Source: an uncultured Chloroflexia bacterium (GTDB lineage: Bacteria; Chloroflexota; Limnocylindria; Limnocylindrales; CSP1-4). Taken from it: a stretch of 64,000 nt of DNA. Location: assembly GCA_963813335.1 (NCBI GenBank), contig CAWEYL010000001.1:1024001-1088000 (forward strand). The letters run 5' to 3'. The notes under the pieces are model-generated. The model searched no databases, was not told where the DNA came from, and saw only the letters and a list, made by a program, of their open reading frames with translations. This document shows, in pieces, positions 19,353 through 29,563 of this stretch (position 1 is its first letter; each line of letters opens with the position of its first letter). Position numbers and translations under genes: made by a program.

Positions 19353-21398
19353 TCGTCCGCGGCGTCGTCGGTGGCCAGGCCGGCCGCGGTCCGCCAGAAG
19401 GCCGCCGCCTCCGCCGGCGCACCGACGCCCAGGGCCGCAGCCGCCGCCGCCTCGAGCAGCGGGATCGCCCGGTCGGCATCGCCCGACGCGGCGCGATGGA
19501 CCGCGATCAGGCTGACCAGCATCGGGTCCGCGGCGGCCTCGAGGCGGTCCGCCAGCCGCGCGTGGAGCACCCGCCGGCGACTGGCCAGGAGGCCCGCGTA
19601 GGCGGCGTCGTGGATCAGCGGGTGGGCGAACCGCCACGCCCCGTCGTCGGTGGGGACGATCAGCCCGGCCTCGAGCAGCCGGTCGAGCGCGACGTCCGAC
19701 GGGGCGGCGCCCATCAGCTCAGCCGAGGCGGTCCGTGGTGAACCGCGACCCGACCACGGCGGCGACACCAAGCGCCTCGCGGGCGTCGTCGGGCAGGGCG
19801 TCGATCCGGGCCCCGAGCACCGCACGCAACGTCACCGGCAGGCCGACCAGCGGGGCGTCCGCCAGCGTCACGCGGCCGCCGTCCCAGGCCAGGGTCCCGT
19901 CCTGCAGGAAGGCCCGCACGGTCTCGGTCACGAACAGCGGATTGCCCGCGGTCCGGTCGTGGATGCGCCGCGCATCGTCGGCATCGAGGGCGGCGCGCGC
20001 GACCTGCGTGGCCAGCTGCGCCGTCTCGGGCATCGCGAGCCCGCCGAGGTCCAGCCGCTCGACGCCGGGCCATGACGCCCACGCCGGCGCCTGCCCGGGC
20101 CGCATCCCGGCGAGCACCACGATCGGCGCCCGCGCCGCCCGCTCGACGAGGACCTCGACCATGCCGGCGCTCGACGGGTCCATCCAGTGGAGATCGTCGA
20201 TGACGATCACCCGCGGCCCGGCCGTCTCGATGATGCGATCGATGTAGCGGCCCGCCACCTCGATCAGCGTGGCGGTGACGGCCGCCTGGTCGGCGGGCAC
20301 GTCCGGCGCCTCCGCCTCCCAGCCCGAGAACGCCGCGTCACGTGCGATCGCGGCGATCGCGCCGCCGTAGCGGCTGACCAGGGCGGGCTCGAGGTCCGGC
20401 GTGAACAGCATCGTCCGCGCAAAGGCCCCGGAGTCCATCCCGTGCTCGTCGGCGACGGCCTGGGCGAAGACGCGCGCGAACCGGTACGGCTCGGCCTGGC
20501 CGTACGAGGTGTTCTCCGTCCAGGTCCAGGCGAGGCCGCGCGCCCGGGCGTCGTCCTCGAGCTCCGCGAGGAGCCGGGTCTTGCCGATGCCCGCCTCGCC
20601 CACGAGCAGGATCGCGCCGCCGGCGCCGCCGGCGCGGCACCGGTCCAGCAGCGCGCGCAGCCGCCCGAGGTCGGCGTCACGACCGACCAGCGGGCCAGTC
20701 ACGGGCATCCGGTAGGTGGCGGGGCCGCCGAACGACGGTCCCGCCTCGAGCACGTGGATCCCGACCGGCTCGGACTGGCCGCGCAGGACCACCGATCCGC
20801 GGTCGGCGACGCGCAGCCGCCCGCGGGCCGCCTCGAGCGTGGCCGTATCGAGGAGGATCTCGCCACGCCGGGCCAGCGACTGGATCCGCGCGGCGGTCGT
20901 GATGGCGGACCCGGTCAGGGCGAGGTCGTCGGTCCCGCTCCCGTCGCGCGCGGTCGTGACCACCTCCCCGGTCGCGATCCCGATGCGGACCTCGAGCGGC
21001 TCGCCGCCGGACTCCACCCCGCGCAGCACGTGCCGGATGGCGAGCGCCGCGAGCGTCGCGCGGACCGCGTCGTCGTCGTGCGCGCGCGGCCAGCCGAACA
21101 CGGCGAAGACCGCGTCGCCGATGAACTTCTCGCGGGTCCCGCCGTACGCCTCGATCGCGTCGGCCATCGCGACGAGCGCGGTGCGGACGCGCTGGCGGAC
21201 GACCTCGGGGTCGTGCTCGGCCACCATCCGCACGTAGTCGACCAGGTCGGCGAAGAGCGCGGTCACGATCCGCCGGTCGCCGGGCTCGCCGATGCCGGTC
21301 GGCCCATGCCGCGCCGCGGCCGCATCGAAGGAGGTCCCGCAACGCGCGCAGCTCAGGGCGTCGGCCGCCAGCGGGGCGCCGCACGTGCCACATCGCAC
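19304..21398 (-). CDS. Class III adenylate/guanylate cyclase with Zn ribbon and AAA/STAND ATPase (frameshift near 19720)
   Basis: CGTCG..CARCG; LFADLVD, EKFIGDAV, RIGIATGEV; GEAGIGKT, IDDLHWMD, GNPLF; continues in the next frame as ELM...WRFAHPLIHDAAY. Confidence 0.9.
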
Positions 21399-21477
21399 CG
21401 CTTGGTGCTCCTTCTTTCGCGCGCTCGAGGGGAAGTCTAGCGGGGACGCGCTGCCGGACGCCCGTCCGGACGCGTCC

Positions 21478-22557
21478 TCAGGAGACGGTCAGGATCGGCT
21501 GGGAGGCCGCCTGCGCGGCGCGCACGCTCATCCGCGCCGCGACCGCGCCGGCCACCGCGGTGAGCGCCCGGGCCGCCGGACCCGGTTCGCGCTGGGCCAC
21601 GGCCGGCACGCCGACATCGCCGCCCTGGCGGACCGTCACGTCGAGGGGGACCGCGCCGAGGAAGTCGAGGCCGTTCTCGGCCGCGAACCGCTCGCCGCCG
21701 CCGCGGCCGAAGATCTCCGTCAGCTCCCCGCAGTGCGGGCACACGAAGGCGGTCATGTTCTCGACGAGCCCGAGGATCGGCACGCTCATCCGCTTGAACA
21801 TGGCGAGCGCCTTGGCCACGTCGGAGAGCGCGACCTCCTGCGGCGTCGTGACGAGCACCGCGCCCGAGATCGGGACCGCCTGGGCCAGGGTCAGCTGGGC
21901 GTCGGAGGTGCCGGGCGGCAGGTCGATGACGAGGTAGTCGAGCTCACCCCAGTCGACGTCGCGCAGGAACTGCTGGATCGCCCCGCCGACGAGCGGCCCG
22001 CGCCACACGATGGGCTGGCCCTCCGGGACGAAGAACTGGATCGAGATGACCTTGACGCCGTGGCGCTCCATCGGCTCGATCTTGTTGTCCGCGGTGGCCT
22101 TCGGCTGGCCGGAGACGCCGAGCATCATCGGGATGTTGGGACCGGTGATGTCCGCATCGAGGAGCCCGACGCTCGCGCCCGCCTGGGCGAGCGCGACGGC
22201 CAGGTTGACGCTGATGGTGCTCTTGCCGACGCCGCCCTTGCCTGAGGCCACCGCGATCACGTTCTTGACCCCGGGCAGCAGCTGCTCGGCCTGGCGCGGG
22301 CTGGCCCGCCGGACCATCGCGCCCCACGTGATGTCGATGCGCTCCGCCCCGATCGCCCCGAGGACGGCGCGGGCGTTCCCCTCGATCTCGTCCTTGAGGG
22401 GGCAGGCCGGCGTCGTCAGTTCGATCGTGAAGGCAACGGCCGCATCGTCGATCACGATGTCCTTGACCATCTCGAGGGTGACGATGTCGCGTCCGAGCTC
22501 GGGCTCCTGGACGGCGCGCAGGGCGTCGATGACGGCGGTCTCGGTCAGGTCGGGCAT
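21478..22557 (-). CDS. mrp: Mrp/ApbC/NBP35 Fe-S cluster carrier ATPase
   Basis: LTTPACP, SGKGGVGKST, WRGP, DLPPGTSD, CPHC. Confidence 0.96.
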   Translation of the reverse strand: MPDLTETAVIDALRAVQEPELGRDIVTLEMVKDIVIDDAAVAFTIELTTPACPLKDEIEGNARAVLGAIGAERIDITWGAMVRRASPRQAEQLLPGVKNVIAVASGKGGVGKSTISVNLAVALAQAGASVGLLDADITGPNIPMMLGVSGQPKATADNKIEPMERHGVKVISIQFFVPEGQPIVWRGPLVGGAIQQFLRDVDWGELDYLVIDLPPGTSDAQLTLAQAVPISGAVLVTTPQEVALSDVAKALAMFKRMSVPILGLVENMTAFVCPHCGELTEIFGRGGGERFAAENGLDFLGAVPLDVTVRQGGDVGVPAVAQREPGPAARALTAVAGAVAARMSVRAAQAASQPILTVS

Positions 22558-22897
22558 GGGCGGTCTGGATCCCTTCGGACGAGGTTCTGACGGGCGCTGC
22601 GTCAGTATCGTACCGCGCCCCGCGCTCCCGCGGTCGGAGCGGTTCCGGGCGGGTCGCGCAGGCGCAAGCTCCGGGGCCGCGACTTTGGGACACGGGGAGC
22701 ACCATCCGGCTCCGGCCGCGACATAAGACGTCGAATGGAGCGTGCCCCGGACCGGCCGACGCGGGAACGGTCCGACGAGGCCATCCGATCCGGGTTCACC
22801 CGTTGGATGGTTGGGGTGGTGTTCCGTGCGCGGCGCTCATCGAGGTGGGGCCGTCTCGAGTAAGCGGGCGGTGATCGGCACCTTGCACACTCGAGCC

Positions 22898-23548
22898 ATG
22901 GGTGTCCGGGAATCGACGAGAGCGCGAGCGGATCGCACGGCACGCGAACAGGTTCGCCGGGTCGGCGAGGAGCTCCGCATCGGTCGAGTGACGGCGGGCC
23001 TCAGTCAGCGCTCGCTTGGCCGGATCGTCGGGCGGTCTCACGCGACGATCGGTCGGATCGAGCGGGGCGAGCAGCTGTCGGTTCGCGTCGGGATGCTCGT
23101 TCGGATCGCCGCAGCGCTGGGCATGGACCTTCGCGTTTCCATGTTCCCGACAGGTACCCCGGTTCGTGACGCCGGTCACCTTGCCCTGATCGCGAGACTC
23201 CGAAGCCGAGTGGCGCCCGCGTTGACCTGGCGGACGGAGGTCGCGATCCCGATCCCCGGCGACCTTCGGGCCGCCGACGTCGTCATCCGCGGCGCCGATT
23301 TCGACGCGATGGTCGAGGCTGAGACTCGCCTCGGGGACCTCCAGGCGCTCGATCGGCGGTCGACGACGAAGCAGCGTGACCTCGGAACGACCCACGTCAT
23401 CCTGCTCGTCGCCGACACGAGGCACAACCGGCAGGTGCTCGAAGCGTATCCGCAGTTCCTCGAGCGGTTCCCGATCTCCACCCGGGCGTGCCTGAAGGCA
23501 CTGGCCGAGGGCCGCGATCCAGCAGGCGACGCGCTCGTCATCCTCTGA
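22898..23548 (+). CDS. XRE-family HTH protein with putative PD-(D/E)XK-like C-terminal domain
   Basis: LRIGRVTAGLSQRSLG...SHATIGRIERG HTH; C-terminal WRTEV....RAADVV.....VEAETRL.D. Confidence 0.75.
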   Translation: MGVRESTRARADRTAREQVRRVGEELRIGRVTAGLSQRSLGRIVGRSHATIGRIERGEQLSVRVGMLVRIAAALGMDLRVSMFPTGTPVRDAGHLALIARLRSRVAPALTWRTEVAIPIPGDLRAADVVIRGADFDAMVEAETRLGDLQALDRRSTTKQRDLGTTHVILLVADTRHNRQVLEAYPQFLERFPISTRACLKALAEGRDPAGDALVIL

Positions 23549-23847
23549 ACCCGAACCCGACCGGTGCGACGGCCCCGGCGTGCGCTCCACGTCGGTCACA
23601 CAGCTCGCCAAACGACGAAGGAACGATCACTCGGTCGTCGACTGGCCAGGGCCGTGAACCGACGAACGGAGGAAGGCTGCATCCGGCCGCCCCGGCGGTC
23701 GCTCGGGGGCCGGACGGTGCGTGTCACACGCCGATCGCGGGAGCCGTTCCGAGATGGGCACGCGATCCTTCGAACCCAGCACGTTCGGGGGCTCGGAGCG
23801 TGCGAATCTCGCACGTTCCGTCCCCGACGGTCACGAGTCCCGTCGCC

Positions 23848-23877
23848 TTGACACCAAGAACGTGCGACCCATATCCT
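23848..23877 (+). promoter_or_regulatory. Sigma70-type promoter of the polyamine ABC operon
   Basis: TTGACA-N18-TATCCT; the spacer contains the repeated motif GAACGTGCGA. Confidence 0.65.
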
Positions 23878-23996
23878 CGCCCGCATCCGGGCCGTGCCGG
23901 CAGGCCGACCGTGGTCGCGTTGGGTGGGACGCGCGACCCCGGGTTCCCCCCGTCCGCGGCATCCTTCACGTACTGCCTGCAGGAGTACCAACGAAC

Positions 23997-26417
23997 GTGC
24001 CCGCCGTCGACGTCAGGCTCGTGGACGTGGTCAAGCGCTACGGCGATGCCGTGGCCGTGGACCACATCAACCTGGAGGTCCAGACCGGCGAGTTCTTCAG
24101 CCTGCTGGGACCATCCGGATGCGGAAAGACCACCACCCTTCGGATGATCGGCGGCTTCGAGGCGCCGACCTCCGGGCTCATCGAGCTCAAGGGCCAGGAC
24201 GTGACGTGGCTGCCGCCGTACAAGCGCCACGTGAACACCGTCTTCCAGAACTACGCCCTGTTCCCGCACCTCAACGTCTACGAGAACGTGGCGTTCGGGC
24301 TCCGCCGCAGCGGGGCCAAGGACGACGAGGTGCGCAGCCGCGTCACCGAGATGCTCAAGCTCGTCGAGCTGCCCGGCTTCGAGTACCGCAAGCCCAACCA
24401 GGTCTCCGGCGGGCAGGCCCAGCGCGTCGCGCTCGCGCGGGCCCTCATCAACCGCCCGTCGGTGCTGCTCCTCGACGAGCCGCTCGGTGCCCTCGACCTC
24501 AAGCTGCGCAAGCAGATGCAGGTGGAGCTCAAGCGGATCCAGCAGGAAGTCGGCATCACCTTCATCTTCGTGACCCACGACCAGGAAGAAGCGATGACGA
24601 TGTCCGATCGCATCGCGGTGATGAACCACGGCCGCTACGAGCAGCTCGCCGATCCCGCAAGCCTCTACGAGAAGCCCCGGACGCGGTTCGTCGCGGGCTT
24701 CCTCGGGGTCAGCAACCTGCTCCCCGCCAAGGCCGCCGGCACGGCCGACGGCTACACCATCGCGCGCATGGCGGACGACACGCCGATCCGCGTGCCGAGC
24801 GCGCTCGTCGAGGGCTTCGACGGCTTCGAGGTCGGCGTCCGCCCCGAGAAGATCAAGCTCTCCGAGCTGACCGATCCGGTCCCCGACGGCGTGAACCAGC
24901 TGGTCGGCGTGATCCGCGACGTCTCGTACCTCGGCGTGTCGACCAGCTACATCGTCGATACCCGCGGCCACAGCTCGGTCACGGTCTACGAGCAGAACGT
25001 CGAGCGCGCGACCCGCGCCGAGCTGTGGCGCCCGGGCGAGGACGTCCGCCTCACTTGGCTGCCGGACCACACCTTCGCCGTCGAGGGGGCGGCTCCCCCG
25101 CCGAGCGACACGGACGAGGACGGCGCGCTGCTCGTCGCGGCCCCGCCGCCGCCTCCCCCGGTCGTCTCGCGGCGCCGCTTCATCGTCGGCGGCGCGCTCG
25201 CCGTGGGTGCCGTCGGCCTGGTGGCGTTCCTGGCCAACTCGAACAGCGGCGGGACGGCCGCGGCCTCCGCGTCGCCGTCGAGCGCCCCGTCGCCGACGCC
25301 GCTCCCGTCGGTCGGGCCATCGGCCAGCGCCGGGCCCGTCACGCCGCCACCGAACCAGGTGGCGACCGGCCCGCTCAAGTTCGCGAACTGGCCGGCCTAC
25401 ATCGACCAGGCGACCGAGGCGGACGCGGCGACCGGCGTGCTCCCGCCGGGCTCCTCGCAGACCCTCGTCGACTTCACCAAGAAGTACGGCGTCGAGGTCG
25501 ACTACGAGGAGAAGATCGGCGACAACGCAGTTTCGTCCAGACCATCACGCCGGCACTCGTCGGCGGCCTCGCGACCGGCTGGGACCTGATGGTCCTGACC
25601 GACTGGATGGCCGGCAAGCTCATCTCGAAGTCGTGGTGCGAGCAGATCCTCCAGGCCAATGTCCCCAACTGCGTCGCCAACCTGCGCGAGCCGATGAGGA
25701 ACGTGGCGTGGGACCCGACCAACGATTTCCACTACCCGTGGCAGTCGGGCATGACCGGGATCGGCTACAACCTCAAGACGCTCACCGACAACAAGATCCC
25801 GGAGCCGAAGAAGATCGCCGACCTGTGGAGCATCCCGGCCGACAAGATGAGCTTCCTCAGCGAGGCCCGCGACACGTTCGGGCTCGGATTGCTCAAGCTC
25901 GGCCTCAAGGCCGATCCCGGCCACGGTCACCGCGGCGGACCTCCAGGCGGTCCACGACGACATCCAGCCGCTGGTCGACGGTGGCCTCCGCTTCCAGGGC
26001 AACGAGTACCTCCAGGACTTCGCCCAGAAGAAGGCCTGGGCGGCGTTCGTCTGGTCGGGCGACCTCGCGTCGTCGGGAACCAAGGACGACCGCTTCGCCT
26101 TCCCCGAGGAAGGCACCATGCTCTGGACTGACAATATGCTCATCCCGAAGGGCGCGGCGAACAAGTACACGGCCGAGCTGATGATGAACTTCGTGTACGA
26201 CATCCAGGTCGCCGCCCAGATCGCCGACTACGTCTACTACGTCTCGCCGGTGGCCGGCATCGAGGCGGCCATCGAGGCCCTCGACCCGGGCGCGTCGACC
26301 AATCCGCTGCTGTTCCCGCCGCCGGAGGTGGTCGCGAAGCAGCAGAACTTCCAGTTCCTGTCCCCGGAGATCGAGGACGTGCTCAACGCGCTCTACGCGA
26401 ACCTGTCCGGCACGTGA
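23997..26417 (+). CDS. PotA-like ABC ATPase fused to a PotD-like polyamine-binding protein (two compensating frameshifts near 25530 and 25918)
   Basis: GPSGCGKT, SGGQ, LLLDEP and a TOBE domain, then in frame SRRRF + TM helix + LKFANWPAYID...; the SBP continues PWQSGMTGIGYN, VWSGD, PEEGTMLWTDNMLIP. Confidence 0.8.
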
Positions 26418-26435
26418 TCGAGGCCCGCTGACCGC

Positions 26436-27332
26436 ATGACCGCGACGACGACCGCCAAGGCCCCCACCGGACCCGGCTGGCGCGGCCGACTGGCCAAGGC
26501 GCTGCCGTACATCCTGCTGGCGCCGGGGCTGCTCTTCCTGTTCGTCTTCTTCGTCATCCCCGCGATCCAGATGTTCACGTACTCGATCTCGACCGGGTCG
26601 GTCGAGGAAGGGTTCAAGATCACCTGGACGCTCGATGCCTACCGCGAGGGCCTCGAGACCTTCGGGAAGCAGTTCCTCAACTCGATCCTGTACGGCGGGG
26701 TCGCGACGATCCTGTGCCTCCTGATCGGGTTCCCGGTGGCCTACACCATCGCGTTCCGCGGCGGCCGCTACAAGAACCTGATCCTGTTCCTGGTCATCGC
26801 CCCGTTCTTCACCAGCTTCCTGATCCGCACCATCAGCTGGAAGATCCTGCTCGGTGACGAGGGACCGGTCCTCGGGCCGCTCAAGCACACCCTCAGCATC
26901 ATCCCGGGCGCGTTCAGCCTGCTCGGGACGCCCATCGCGCAGGTCATGGGGATCACCTACAACTTCCTGCCGTTCATGATCCTGCCGCTGTACGTCGCCC
27001 TCGAGAAGATCGACTACCGCCTGATCGAGGCGGCCGAGGACCTCTATGCGAACCGGGCCGCCGCGTTCCGCCGCGTGACGTTCCCGCTCGCCCTGCCCGG
27101 CGTCTTCGCCGGCTCGCTGCTGACGTTCATCCCGGCGATGGGCGACTACATCAACGCCGAGCTGCTCGGCAACCCGGGCACGCGGATGATCGGCAACGTC
27201 ATCCAGAACCGGCTGCTGGTCCAGAACGACTACCCGGTCGGCTCGGCGCTGTCGTTCATCCTGATGGCCGGGATCCTCATCGCCGTGGCCGTGTACGCAC
27301 GTGCCCTCGGCACCGAGCAGCTGACCGGCTGA
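26436..27332 (+). CDS. potB: Polyamine ABC transporter permease (PotB-like)
   Basis: YNFLPFMILPLY..LEKID..LIEAAEDL; TFIPAMGDY. Confidence 0.9.
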   Translation: MTATTTAKAPTGPGWRGRLAKALPYILLAPGLLFLFVFFVIPAIQMFTYSISTGSVEEGFKITWTLDAYREGLETFGKQFLNSILYGGVATILCLLIGFPVAYTIAFRGGRYKNLILFLVIAPFFTSFLIRTISWKILLGDEGPVLGPLKHTLSIIPGAFSLLGTPIAQVMGITYNFLPFMILPLYVALEKIDYRLIEAAEDLYANRAAAFRRVTFPLALPGVFAGSLLTFIPAMGDYINAELLGNPGTRMIGNVIQNRLLVQNDYPVGSALSFILMAGILIAVAVYARALGTEQLTG

Positions 27333-28214
27333 TGGCGACGGTCGAAGCGTCCAGCGGCGCGATCTCGACGGCCCCGCCCAAGGGGTCGCTCTGGCAGCGC
27401 GTCCAGCCCAAGCTGCTGCCCGGGTTCACGGTCCTGGCGATCATCTACCTGATGATCCCGATCGCCGTGATGATCATCTTCTCGTTCAACGAGCCCGAGG
27501 GGAAGTTCAACTACATCTGGAACCACTTCTCGCTGCAGGGCTGGCTGCATCCGTTCGACTGGCCGGGACTCCCCGACGCGGTCCGGACGAGCCTCGTGAT
27601 CGCGCTCCTGTCGACCGATCTTCGCCACGATCCTCGGGACGATGATCGGGCTGGCGCTCACGCGCTACCAGTTCCGCGGGCGCGGCGCGCTCAACGGGAT
27701 CATCTTCCTGCCGATGGCGACCCCGGAGATCGTCCTCGGCGCGAGCCTGCTGACCCTGTTCGTCGCCACCGCGCTGCCGCCGCTGGCGGGCAAGGTCCCG
27801 GCCCTCTACCCGACCGGCTTCACGACGATCCTGATCGCCCACATCATGTTCAACATCAGCTTCGTGGTGGTGACGGTGAAGGCCCGCCTCCAGGGCTTCG
27901 ACCGCCGCCTCGAGGAGGCGGCGATGGACCTCGGCGCGAACGAGGTGACGACCTTCTGGAAGGTCACCTTCCCGCTGATCCTGCCCGGCGTCATGGCCGC
28001 CGCGCTGCTGGCGTTCAGCCTCTCGATCGACGACTTCGTCATCACCAACTTCGTGTCGGGCACCACGAACACGTTCCCGATCTGGATCTACTCGATCCAG
28101 CGCAACGCCCTGCCGGTCCAGATCAACGTCATCGGCTCGATCATCTTCCTCGGCGCGGTCGGCCTGGTCGGGCTGAGCACGCTCCGCTCGGGACGAGCCG
28201 CCCGGATCCGCTAG
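27332..28214 (+). CDS. potC: Polyamine ABC transporter permease (PotC-like; frameshift near 27617)
   Basis: IIFSFN...; after the shift PEIVLG, LEEAAMDLGA and FSLSIDDFVIT. Confidence 0.88.
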
Positions 28215-28227
28215 CCTGGGGGCCCCC

Positions 28228-29550
28228 ATGGTCGACACCGTGCCGCGCACCGCGGCATCCACGCCCCTCCCCGACCATGCGGTGGTGCCGCCCGTCTGGG
28301 GCCGCATCACCAACCTGGACGTCGACCGCGGCGAGGGCTCGTGGCTGATCACCCGGGACGGCGAGCGCTACCTCGACTACTCGTCGGGGATCGGCGTCAC
28401 GAACACCGGCCATGCCCATCCGCGCGTGGTCGCCGCGGTCCAGGCGCAGGCGGCCAAGCTGCTGCACGGCCAGCAGAACATCATGTACCACGAGCCCGGC
28501 CTGCGGCTCTACGACCGGCTCCGCGGGCTGCTCCCCGGCGGGCCGTGGCAGGCGTTCCTGTCGAACTCCGGCGCGGAGGCCGTCGAGGCCTCGGTCAAGC
28601 TGGCCCGCGCGGCCACCGGCCGGCCGGCGATCATGGCCTTCCGCTACGGCTATCACGGCCGGACGGCCCAGACGATGGCGCTGACGACCGCCAAGGACGT
28701 CTACCGGGCGGCCTTCGAGCCGCTGCCGGGCTCCGTCTACCACACGGCCTACCCGTACTGCTACCGGGCGGCGGGCGGCGCCCACTCGCCGGACGCCTGC
28801 ACCTGCGACTGGGAGGCCGAGCTCGACCTGACGTTCCACCAGTTCATCTACCCCGACCGGGTCGCGGCCATCATCCTGGAGCCGGTCCTCGGCGAGGGCG
28901 GCTACATCGTCCCGCCGCCCGGGTTCCTGCCGCGCCTCCGCGAGATCACCCGCCAGCACGGGATCCTGCTCATCGCCGACGAGGTCCAGACCGGGTTCGG
29001 GCGGACCGGCGAGATGTTCGCGGTCCGCCACTGGGACGTCGAGCCCGACATCCTGGTCATGGCCAAGGGGATCGCGTCGGGGCTGCCACTCTCCGGGATC
29101 CTGGCACGGGCCGAGCTCATGACGGCCTGGAAGCCGGGCACGCACGGCGGCACGTACGGCGGCAACGTCGTCTCGTGCGCCGCCGCCAACGCCACGCTCG
29201 ACGTCATCGAGGAGGAAGGGCTGGTCGCCAACGCCCGGGAGCGCGGCGACCAGTTCCTCGCCGGCCTCCGCGCCCTGGCCGGCCGCTACCCGTCGATCGG
29301 CGACGCCCGCGGCCTGGGGCTGATGGTCGCCCTCGAGCTCGTCAAGCCGGGCGTCGGCGACGGGCGGACGCCGGATCCGGAGCTCACCAAGCGGATCCAG
29401 GCCGAGGCGCTCGCGCGCAAGCTGATCGTCCTGACCGCGGGGACCTACGTGAACGTCGTGCGCATCATCCCGCCGCTCGTGACGACGGCCGGCGAGGTCG
29501 ACCAGGCACTGGCCATCCTCGACGAGAGCCTGGCCGCGGCGGGAGCCTGA
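28228..29550 (+). CDS. gabT: Class III aminotransferase (4-aminobutyrate aminotransferase-like)
   Basis: NSGAEAVE, YHGRT, EPVLGEGG, LIADEVQTGFGRTG, MAKGIASG, HGGTYGGN. Confidence 0.85.
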   Translation: MVDTVPRTAASTPLPDHAVVPPVWGRITNLDVDRGEGSWLITRDGERYLDYSSGIGVTNTGHAHPRVVAAVQAQAAKLLHGQQNIMYHEPGLRLYDRLRGLLPGGPWQAFLSNSGAEAVEASVKLARAATGRPAIMAFRYGYHGRTAQTMALTTAKDVYRAAFEPLPGSVYHTAYPYCYRAAGGAHSPDACTCDWEAELDLTFHQFIYPDRVAAIILEPVLGEGGYIVPPPGFLPRLREITRQHGILLIADEVQTGFGRTGEMFAVRHWDVEPDILVMAKGIASGLPLSGILARAELMTAWKPGTHGGTYGGNVVSCAAANATLDVIEEEGLVANARERGDQFLAGLRALAGRYPSIGDARGLGLMVALELVKPGVGDGRTPDPELTKRIQAEALARKLIVLTAGTYVNVVRIIPPLVTTAGEVDQALAILDESLAAAGA

Positions 29551-29563
29551 CCACGCGCGCGGG

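Noticed and set aside
23772-23786. GAAC...GTTC as an SOS (LexA) box
   Set aside because: The spacing is 7 nt, not the GAAC-N4-GTTC of Gram-positive/Chloroflexota LexA boxes.
25520-27625. Pseudogenisation or programmed frameshifting of the polyamine transporter
   Set aside because: No slippery heptamers and no in-frame decay; similar single indels occur in unrelated genes, which points to sequencing error.
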